Below, piece after piece: positions 55,621 to 62,726 of a stretch of DNA of 64,000 bases. The notes below the pieces were generated by a model. It did no database searches and was not told the origin of the DNA. It saw only the letters and a program-made list of their open reading frames with translations. Both the position numbers and the translations under genes were made by a program. The DNA lies in NCBI GenBank assembly GCA_016181935.1, contig JACOYI010000005.1:595-64594 (forward strand), written 5' to 3'. The DNA comes from Candidatus Niyogibacteria bacterium (GTDB lineage Bacteria > Patescibacteriota > Minisyncoccia > HO2-45-28). Each line of letters begins with the position of its first letter. Positions within the stretch are counted from its first letter, which is position 1.

Positions 55621-55845
55621 ATGAAAAACATCGTAGGATTGAAGGAATTGCGGGGGAATATCGAGAACTATATTTCCGAGGTGAAGAAGGGAAAGTCGTT
55701 CATCGTAGTGCGCCGGTCAAAGCCGGTGCTTAGGATTTCCTCGCCGGACGAGGATGAATCCATGTGGGAGACCGTGATTGATTTTACGAAGATCCGGAAG
55801 GGCGGTATTCCGGTGGATGAATTGCTGAAACGTTTGAGGGCATGA
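55621..55845 (+). CDS. Type II antitoxin, Phd/YefM-like
   Basis: 74 aa. Overlaps the downstream toxin by 4 nt. LRGNIENYISEVKKGKSFIVVRRSKPV pattern of Phd/YefM antitoxins. Confidence 0.55.
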   Translation: MKNIVGLKELRGNIENYISEVKKGKSFIVVRRSKPVLRISSPDEDESMWETVIDFTKIRKGGIPVDELLKRLRA

Positions 55846-56084
55846 TGGATTCGATTGATAAGGAGTTTGCCCGATTGACTGAAAAGGAGAAAAAGCACGT
55901 CAGGGCAATTTTTGTCCAGCTGAAGGAGGGCGATCAGAGGGGATTGAATGTTAAAAAAATAAAAGGCCGTGAGGATGTGTTTCGTGTGCGGAAGGGCAAG
56001 CTAAGGGTTATTTATCAATTACAGGACAAAACGGTTCATATTTTAGCGATTCGATATCGGCGAGAAGATACCTATAAATTTTAA
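55842..56084 (+). CDS. Type II toxin, RelE/ParE family
   Basis: 80 aa. VFRVRKGKLRVIYQLQDKTVHILAIRYRREDTY matches the RelE/ParE C-terminal signature. Confidence 0.7.
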   Translation: MMDSIDKEFARLTEKEKKHVRAIFVQLKEGDQRGLNVKKIKGREDVFRVRKGKLRVIYQLQDKTVHILAIRYRREDTYKF

Positions 56085-56086
56085 CT

Positions 56087-57157
56087 GTGAAAGACTACTA
56101 CAAAATTTTAGGGGTGGAGAAAGGGGCGGGGAAGGAGGAGGTCAAAAGGGCCTACCGGAAATTGGCGCACCAACATCATCCCGATAAAAAAGGAGGGGAT
56201 GAGGCCAAGTTCAAGGAAATCAACGAGGCCTACTATGTGTTGGGTGATGATTCGCGCAGAGCGCAATACGACCAGACCGGCCGCACATCGTTTGGCGGCG
56301 GAGGCGGGCCGCAGAGCGGGTTTGATTTCGAGGACATCTGGCGCCAATTCGGCGGCGCCCAAGGAGGCGCACGGGGCGGTGATTTTGCCGACATCTTCGG
56401 CGATATTTTTGGGTTTGGGGGCGGAGGCCAGCGCCAGAAACGCGGCGCGGATATCGCGGTGGATATCGAGCTTCCGTTCGCGGAAGCGGCATTCGGGACG
56501 AATCGCAAAATTTCACTTCGCAAAACCAATGCCTGCAAAGAGTGCGATGGGAGCGGGGCAAAATCCGGCACCGGAACGGTGCGCTGTGAGATTTGCAATG
56601 GGTCGGGTACGGTGCGCGAGAATCGCCGCTCGATGTTTGGTTCGTTCACGGCGCTCTCCGAGTGTTCCCGCTGTCACGGAAAAGGGGAGATGCCGAAGGA
56701 GCCCTGTCCGCAGTGCCGCGGCGAGGGGATCATGCGAAGCGAGGAAACTATCGAAATCGCGGTTCCCGCGGGCATCGATAACGGCGAGATGATTCGCGTG
56801 ACGGGCGCGGGCGAAGCGGTGGCGGGCGGACGCGCGGGCGACCTGTATGTGCGCATCCATGTGCGGCCCGACCCGCGATTCCATCGCGAGGGAATGAATT
56901 TGATATCGGACGTGGAAATCCCGTTCACGGATGCCGCGCTCGGAACCGAAAAAGTATTGGAGACGCTCGACGGAAAGGTTAAGATGGAAATACCCGCAGG
57001 AACGAATTCGGGCGATATGCTCCGGATCCGTGCTCGCGGCATCCCGAAGGCGCATGGACGCGGGGATCTCTTGATCCGCGTCACGGTCAGGACGCCCAAA
57101 AAATTATCGCGCAAGGCGCGCGAACTGATGGACGAACTGCGCCGAGAGGGGATTTAA
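56087..57157 (+). CDS. dnaJ: Chaperone DnaJ
   Basis: GTG start (the ancestral ATG version survives as the fragment at 55549). J-domain HPD, G/F region, four CxxCxGxG zinc-finger repeats. Confidence 0.9.
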   Translation: MKDYYKILGVEKGAGKEEVKRAYRKLAHQHHPDKKGGDEAKFKEINEAYYVLGDDSRRAQYDQTGRTSFGGGGGPQSGFDFEDIWRQFGGAQGGARGGDFADIFGDIFGFGGGGQRQKRGADIAVDIELPFAEAAFGTNRKISLRKTNACKECDGSGAKSGTGTVRCEICNGSGTVRENRRSMFGSFTALSECSRCHGKGEMPKEPCPQCRGEGIMRSEETIEIAVPAGIDNGEMIRVTGAGEAVAGGRAGDLYVRIHVRPDPRFHREGMNLISDVEIPFTDAALGTEKVLETLDGKVKMEIPAGTNSGDMLRIRARGIPKAHGRGDLLIRVTVRTPKKLSRKARELMDELRREGI

Positions 57158-57705
57158 TGAACTTTTCTTCAATAGCTCAATCACTGCCGATACCGACGCA
57201 ACTGGGGTCGGTCACATCGCTCATGTCGAATCCGTCATGGGATGTGATGGCGCTTGCGATTTTCGTGGCGCTCGGATTTATGTATGGCGTGTGGGGCGGG
57301 CGGGGGCGGCTGGTGGCCGTCCTGTTTGCTTTGTACGCTTCCAAATTAGTGTTCGATAGCGCGTGGTTTCTGGAGCGCTTCATCGGCGGTTTTGCGGCCT
57401 CCCAGCTTTTCTTCGCGCGCGCCGGCGTTTTCGCGGTGCTCGTTGCCGCGCTTTCCATCGTATTTGCCAAAAGTTTTTCCGGCCGCGTGATGGTGGGCGA
57501 GCGGTGGTGGCAGATGTTTTTGCTGTCGTTTCTCGAGGTTGGCATCGCGGCGAGCATTTTGTTCAGCATTTTGCCCTCGCGCGAACTTTATACTTTTTCG
57601 CCGCTCGTTGAACTCCTGTTCGCCTCGCCCAATGCGCTTTTCTGGTGGCTTCTCGCTCCCGTGCCCGCGCTCTACTTCGCCATCAACCCCGCCGCGCGCA
57701 AATAA
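57157..57705 (+). CDS. CvpA-like polytopic membrane protein (hypothetical)
   Basis: 182 aa, 4-5 TM. Start overlaps the dnaJ stop. Confidence 0.45.
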   Translation: MNFSSIAQSLPIPTQLGSVTSLMSNPSWDVMALAIFVALGFMYGVWGGRGRLVAVLFALYASKLVFDSAWFLERFIGGFAASQLFFARAGVFAVLVAALSIVFAKSFSGRVMVGERWWQMFLLSFLEVGIAASILFSILPSRELYTFSPLVELLFASPNALFWWLLAPVPALYFAINPAARK

Positions 57706-57778
57706 AAAATCCCGCCGAGAGCGGGATCAGGGAATGATTTACAGTGCGAAGACCATATATGCGTAATACAGCGATTCA

Positions 57779-58375
57779 TTAGAAACGCGCAAGAACGATA
57801 CCAATCGATTCTGTTTGAATGACGACATTGCCGAGGCCGCCAATGTTCATATCGATTTGCCGGTATGAGAAAATAATAGGTTTAACTTGGATTCCTATGC
57901 GGAAACCGTGAGCATTTCCGCTTGTCACACAGCCTTCTTCTTGATGCGCGACACCGCAAGCAGATGCCCAAATACCGCCGAGAAGCAATCCGACCGCGCT
58001 ATTAGGGCCGCCCACGATCCAGCGGATTCCTCCTTCAATGCCATTGATACTTGCAGATTTCCATTTTCGACCATCAGGCGTTGTCAGATCATTTTCAAAC
58101 CGGACGCCCATACCGATATAACCGATCGTGATTGCTAGACGATCATCGACAAAAGGCGGGGATGAAAATCCAAGCGCAACTCCTTCCGGCTCCGTGCCGC
58201 TTTTTCCATGGCCTTCCTGTCGGGTTTGGCTCGATGCGAAAAACTCGAGAGCCATGAAACCGTTGTCTGTTTTTTCAGTTGCCATTACGGGAAACGTAAA
58301 AAAGAAAAAATAGACGCCCACCACAAGAAGCATGAGCGATTTTTTCATGGAATTCCCCAGGATCGCATTTTTCAT
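57779..58375 (-). CDS. Secreted Gly-rich beta-barrel-like protein (hypothetical)
   Basis: Signal peptide MKKSLMLLVVGVYFFFFTFPVMA. C-terminal aromatic residue (…LARF). Terminator hairpin ATCCCGCTCTCGGCGGGAT + T-run after the stop. Confidence 0.5.
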   Translation of the reverse strand: MKNAILGNSMKKSLMLLVVGVYFFFFTFPVMATEKTDNGFMALEFFASSQTRQEGHGKSGTEPEGVALGFSSPPFVDDRLAITIGYIGMGVRFENDLTTPDGRKWKSASINGIEGGIRWIVGGPNSAVGLLLGGIWASACGVAHQEEGCVTSGNAHGFRIGIQVKPIIFSYRQIDMNIGGLGNVVIQTESIGIVLARF

Positions 58376-58442
58376 CCGAAGCTCCTTTTGAGAAGTTTTT
58401 TCAAGGTCGGTCTAAAGGTTCTATAGCACCTGCATTCCGCCT

Positions 58443-58469
58443 TGTCAAGCGCGCAGTAAAAACGTATAC
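58443..58469 (+). promoter_or_regulatory. Promoter TTGTCA-17-TATACT for tRNA-Lys
   Basis: Good hexamers, 9 nt upstream of the mature tRNA 5' end. Confidence 0.45.
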
Positions 58470-58478
58470 TGATTCCGA

Positions 58479-58551
58479 CCGCCCATAGCTCAAGTGGTAG
58501 AGCAGCTGCCTTTTAAGCAGTTGGTTGTAGGTTCGAGTCCTACTGGGCGGA
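58479..58551 (+). tRNA. tRNA-Lys (anticodon UUU)
   Basis: Acceptor CCGCCCA/TGGGCGG, D-stem GCTC/GAGC, anticodon stem GCTGC/GCAGT with loop CTTTTAA, T-arm GTAGG-TTCGAGT-CCTAC. Confidence 0.85.
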
Positions 58552-58733
58552 CTGGTTGATTTATCAATTAAGTTTTTCACCAGGACTCGAACCTTTGGGG
58601 TGGGGTCGGGAGGGAACGGTAGCGCCCTCCCGTGGAGGAAAACAGCGACGCCGAGCTTATCGAGACGGAGCGCAAGAAACCGAGGGTTTCTTGGGAGCGC
58701 GAAGCGCGACAGGTTCTAGGAGCGAAGCGACGG

Positions 58734-58750
58734 AGTCCTACTGGGCGGAC
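58734..58750 (+). repeat. 17-bp direct repeat of the tRNA-Lys 3' end (AGTCCTACTGGGCGGAC): att-like integration scar
   Basis: Identical to 58536-58552. An inverted T-arm fragment (GGACTCGAACC) also lies at 58573-58588. Confidence 0.6.
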
Positions 58751-58751
58751 C

Positions 58752-60515
58752 ATGCAACAGTGCCAAAATTGCAAAACTGATTTCGGGATAGAGCCGGAGG
58801 ATTTTGAATTTTACGAAAAAATGAACGTTCCGCCGCCGACGTGGTGTCCGGAGTGCCGGATGGTGCGGCGGTTTTTGTTTCGCAACGAACGCGCGTTTTA
58901 TAAACGTACGTGCGGTTCATGCAAGAAAGACGTCGTTTCCGTTTTTGCTCCGGATGCAAAGCGCAACGTGTATTGCCACACCTGTTACCGGTCCGACACG
59001 CGAGACCCGTTTCGCTACGGCAAAGAGTTCGACTTTTCAAAGCCGTTTTTTGAGCAATTGCGGCAATTATGGGAGGACATTCCGGTTCCCGCGGTTTTTA
59101 CGGAAAATTGCGTTGACTCACCGTACACAAATCATACGCACGATAGCAAAAACAGCTATCTCATTTTTGGCGCTTCGGCCGTGGAGGATTCCGCGTATGG
59201 CGCCCGCCTTGCCAATATTCGGGATTCATTCGACGTGACCGCCGGAGGCAAACTTGAGCAATGTTATGAGGACATTTCATGCAACGAGTCGCAGAAACTT
59301 TTTTTGAGCGTCCGGAGCGAGAACTGTCTCAATTCCTATTTTCTGGAGGATTGCCGGAATGTGAGCGACAGTTTCGGGTGCGTGAATTTGCGGAATAAGC
59401 AATATCACATTTTCAACAAGCCGTATACGAAGGAGGATTACGAAAAAACGCTAGCGCAAATGAATATCGGGAGCCGCGCCGCGCTCGCCGAATTGCGGAG
59501 GAAGGTCAAAGAGTTTTCCCTGCGATTCCCGCGGTGGTTCGCGCATGTGGTGGGTAGCCAATCGGTGACGGGGGATAACATCGTCAATTCCAAGAATTGC
59601 CGGTTTTGCTTCAATGTGTACGGGAATCTGGAGGATTGCGCGTTTGCGATCAATGCCCTTGATTTGAAGGACGGGTACGATGGGTATGGATTTGGCGCCG
59701 GAGCCGAACTTTTGTATGAGGGGGCGGATTCCGGCGTGAACGCGGGGAACATGGCATTCACTCTTTTCGTACACAGTTCGCACCATGTCCGGTATTGTTT
59801 CAATTGTCACGGATCGTCGGATCTCTTCGGGTGTGTCGGGTTGCGTAGCCAGAAATACTGCATTTTGAACCGGCAATACACACAGGAACAGTATGACGAG
59901 CTTGTCGGAAAGATCGTCCAGCAGATGAATGAGCATCCATACACGGATGCGCAAGGGCGGATATTCCGGTACGGCGAATTTTTCCCGCCGGATTTCTCGA
60001 CCTTTGCCTACAACGAATCAGCCGCGCAGGAATATTTTCCGCTGACGCCAGAAGAGGCGCGCCGGAAAGGGTTTCGCTGGCGCGACCCAGCGGAAAAGAC
60101 GCATGCCATTACCATTCAGCCGGAAACGATACCGGACGCAATACGCGGGGTCCCGGATTCGATTCTGAAGGAAACACTTGGTTGTGCGCATCGGGGAACC
60201 TGCAACGACCAATGCACAAACGCGTTCCGCATCATCCCGATGGAGCTCGCATTTTACAAAAAAATGGATCTTCCTCTGCCGGATCTCTGCCCGAATTGCC
60301 GTCATTATCGGCGGCTCGCGCATCAAAATCCGTATCGATTATGGCATCGAAAATGCCACTGCGCGGGCGCGCATTCCTCGAACAGCGTCTATCAAAATCA
60401 AAGCGCTCATTTTCACGCCAGTGCGCCCTGTCCGAATGAGTTCGAAACCACCCATGTGCCCGAGCGTCCCGAGATCGTTTATTGCGAGCAGTGTTATCAG
60501 GCAGAGGTGGCGTAG
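58752..60515 (+). CDS. Large Cys-rich protein with duplicated N-/C-terminal zinc-ribbon modules and two internal ~110-aa repeats; no recognised family
   Basis: ATG 58752 abuts the tRNA-derived repeat; an alternative GTG at 58632 would add 40 aa. N- and C-terminal modules share C..C...F.I..E..FY.KM..P.P..CP.CR..RR. Internal repeats share SKN...ED.A...LFGCV.LR...Y.I.N..YT.E.Y. Confidence 0.6.
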   Translation: MQQCQNCKTDFGIEPEDFEFYEKMNVPPPTWCPECRMVRRFLFRNERAFYKRTCGSCKKDVVSVFAPDAKRNVYCHTCYRSDTRDPFRYGKEFDFSKPFFEQLRQLWEDIPVPAVFTENCVDSPYTNHTHDSKNSYLIFGASAVEDSAYGARLANIRDSFDVTAGGKLEQCYEDISCNESQKLFLSVRSENCLNSYFLEDCRNVSDSFGCVNLRNKQYHIFNKPYTKEDYEKTLAQMNIGSRAALAELRRKVKEFSLRFPRWFAHVVGSQSVTGDNIVNSKNCRFCFNVYGNLEDCAFAINALDLKDGYDGYGFGAGAELLYEGADSGVNAGNMAFTLFVHSSHHVRYCFNCHGSSDLFGCVGLRSQKYCILNRQYTQEQYDELVGKIVQQMNEHPYTDAQGRIFRYGEFFPPDFSTFAYNESAAQEYFPLTPEEARRKGFRWRDPAEKTHAITIQPETIPDAIRGVPDSILKETLGCAHRGTCNDQCTNAFRIIPMELAFYKKMDLPLPDLCPNCRHYRRLAHQNPYRLWHRKCHCAGAHSSNSVYQNQSAHFHASAPCPNEFETTHVPERPEIVYCEQCYQAEVA

Positions 60516-60566
60516 TTGGTGAGAATAAAAAAGAGCCCTAACGTATGTCGGGGCTCGTTCGCTTTT

Positions 60567-60806
60567 TTACCGCCAGTAGCAATGGTCTTCCAGCCATTCG
60601 CGACTTTCTTCATTCCACATATCATTGCCGTCCGCGGTTTCGTTGAATGCATCCTCGCCGCTTTCAGAGTCGTCAGTGTATTGCTCGCTGTACCCTTCCT
60701 GCGGATTCATAACGGGCGCGTAGCAGGGCGGAAGCCGGCTGGACGGCGACCGGGCTGCGCATGCCGACAGAAAAAAAAGAACGAAAAACGCGGCGAATAT
60801 TTTCAT
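60567..60806 (-). CDS. Small lipoprotein (79 aa), acidic
   Basis: MKIFAAFFVLFFLSAC lipobox, then a Glu/Asp-rich mature region. GGAGA RBS. Confidence 0.45.
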   Translation of the reverse strand: MKIFAAFFVLFFLSACAARSPSSRLPPCYAPVMNPQEGYSEQYTDDSESGEDAFNETADGNDMWNEESREWLEDHCYWR

Positions 60807-60930
60807 GGCATCTCCCGCGAATACGAGTTCCATTTCCAGCATACGCGATGCAGTGTTATAAGCAGAGGTGACCTAGCAATAATTGTGGTTTGTGCTATTG
60901 TATGGCAAGATTTTTGACAGGAGAAACCGA

Positions 60931-61329
60931 ATGTACGCCAAGCCCGTTTCGGACGCAGTTTCCCGAATTGAGAATGCCCTGAAAAGATTTTTGGAGTCAA
61001 AAACTGTGGGCGCAATCGCGGAATCATGGAGGCATGATATGCCGGAAGTTTCCGCGCGCTGGAAAGGAGAGGACGGCATTGAGCGGAACATCGTATTTTT
61101 AGTGCACGCGGAAACTGTTGAACTCGAAGTTAACGCTTGGAAAGACGATCAAATCAACCGGAAACGGCATTGGGGAAATTTCCGCGTTGCGATTCTCACG
61201 CATCAATGTGATAACGCGAATTTTGATACCGCGCTCGCCGCCTTACTGGAATTCGCGTACAAAACGATTTCTACGGTTTCGATCGATCAATTAACGAAGG
61301 TCAGCGATCTTCCCTTGGCTACGAATTGA
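60931..61329 (+). CDS. Hypothetical cytoplasmic protein (132 aa)
   Basis: ATG 60931 preceded by AGGAGAAACC. No recognisable motifs. Confidence 0.45.
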   Translation: MYAKPVSDAVSRIENALKRFLESKTVGAIAESWRHDMPEVSARWKGEDGIERNIVFLVHAETVELEVNAWKDDQINRKRHWGNFRVAILTHQCDNANFDTALAALLEFAYKTISTVSIDQLTKVSDLPLATN

Positions 61330-61359
61330 ACGACCATCCAATGCGGTGGTTGTTTTTTT

Positions 61360-61399
61360 GTACTATAAAACTTTGACGGCCGTCAAAGTTTTATAGTAC
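61360..61399. repeat. Perfect 40-bp AT-rich palindrome (GTACTATAAAACTTTGACGG|CCGTCAAAGTTTTATAGTAC)
   Basis: 20+20 bp perfect inverted repeat, preceded by a T7 run. Lies between the 60931 ORF and the fabH-like gene. Confidence 0.55.
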
Positions 61400-61522
61400 T
61401 TAGTTTCGAAAAGTGGAATTCCTATTCCAGCACAGGATAATTTGACAGAATAATAAAATTGTGCTATTTTGGATGATAACAAACCATCGTTTTTTGACAG
61501 CTTACTTCCGAAAGGAGACCCG

Positions 61523-62611
61523 ATGAATCCGCTTTCGATTTTGGGAACCGGAGCGTACGATGCGTTGCCGGTCATTGATAACGGGCCCCTCCTTGATGTG
61601 TTGGGGGTTCCGCTGGAAAAGCACGGCTGGCTTCCCGATGCAACGGGCATTACGGGACACCGGCTGAATTTTTGCTGTGCGACGGCTTCCAAATTGACGC
61701 GCGAAACGTCGTGGGATTACGCATTTGAGGCGGCGCGCCAGGCCCTGCAAAGCTCCGGCGTTTCTCCAAAAGAGATCGATCAAATCTGTTTGGCGACCTG
61801 CACTCCGCGCGTTCCGCATTTTACTGCGGATACGATCGCGCTTTGCGGGGCGCTCAAGCTCCGGCCGGATGTCGTGTGGAGCCAGTGGGACGGCGGTTGC
61901 GCGGCGCTCGCGAACGTTTTCCGCGAGGTCAAGGCGTACGCGAACGGGAATCCGAACTGGACGGCGCTGATCGTGGCGACCAACGATGTCAGCTCCTTTT
62001 TGGAGCGTAATCTGGAATTGTACCGGTATCGGCCCGCGCGCAAAGGAGAAAAAGATTGGGCGCGCGACGCGTGGAAATCGCCCGCGATCTTCGCGGATGG
62101 CGCTGCGGCGGCTGTTTTGGGGCCGGCAGACGATCGGCACTTTTTGACGACGACGCATTGCGCGCAGGATGGCGGCGAAACTCCGCTTGTCGCGCACGAC
62201 GGCGGCGGCGCCCTCTATCCGTCATGCGCAGAAACGCAGAGCCGCCACATCTATCTCATGTACACACGCGATATCGCGTTGCAGTTTCCGATCGCGATGG
62301 GCCGCGTTTTGTCCAACCTTTTTCACGCGCACAATCTTCCGCCGACGGAAGTCGGCCAACTTTTTCTGCATCAGGCCAACTTCCGGTTCGTTGAATCGTT
62401 CGCGGACGCACAGCAGATCCCGATGGCGCGGGTTCCCCATAGTGTCGACAAGATCGGCAATCTGGTGAGCGCGTCGACCTTGGATCTTTTAAATCGCGAA
62501 TTTCGGAGCGAAGAAGGGTTGCCGACGGACAAGCCGATCGCATTTGCGGTTGTCGGCGCCGGAATGGTGTGGGGCGGCGCGTTTTTCATGCCCGCCTCGG
62601 CTTCGCCTTAG
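61523..62611 (+). CDS. 3-oxoacyl-ACP synthase III (FabH/KAS III)-like thiolase-fold enzyme
   Basis: ATG 61523 with AAAGGAGA RBS. Catalytic Cys (WDGGCAALA), His (FLHQANFRF) and Asn (IGNLVSAST) in KAS III order. Confidence 0.7.
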   Translation: MNPLSILGTGAYDALPVIDNGPLLDVLGVPLEKHGWLPDATGITGHRLNFCCATASKLTRETSWDYAFEAARQALQSSGVSPKEIDQICLATCTPRVPHFTADTIALCGALKLRPDVVWSQWDGGCAALANVFREVKAYANGNPNWTALIVATNDVSSFLERNLELYRYRPARKGEKDWARDAWKSPAIFADGAAAAVLGPADDRHFLTTTHCAQDGGETPLVAHDGGGALYPSCAETQSRHIYLMYTRDIALQFPIAMGRVLSNLFHAHNLPPTEVGQLFLHQANFRFVESFADAQQIPMARVPHSVDKIGNLVSASTLDLLNREFRSEEGLPTDKPIAFAVVGAGMVWGGAFFMPASASP

Positions 62612-62726
62612 CGAGACGGGCCCCTCGCCTAAATTCGGCGAGGCGTGGCCTCAATAATTCTTTGTCCGTTCAATGCGCCCGATGGTACGATACAAGTATC
62701 TCGGGCGTTTTTCTTTTTCATTCATT

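Noticed and set aside
58570-58650. Possible minus-strand tRNA suggested by GGACTCGAACC
   Set aside because: No acceptor, D or anticodon stems can be formed. It is an inverted fragment of the tRNA-Lys T-arm, consistent with an integration scar.
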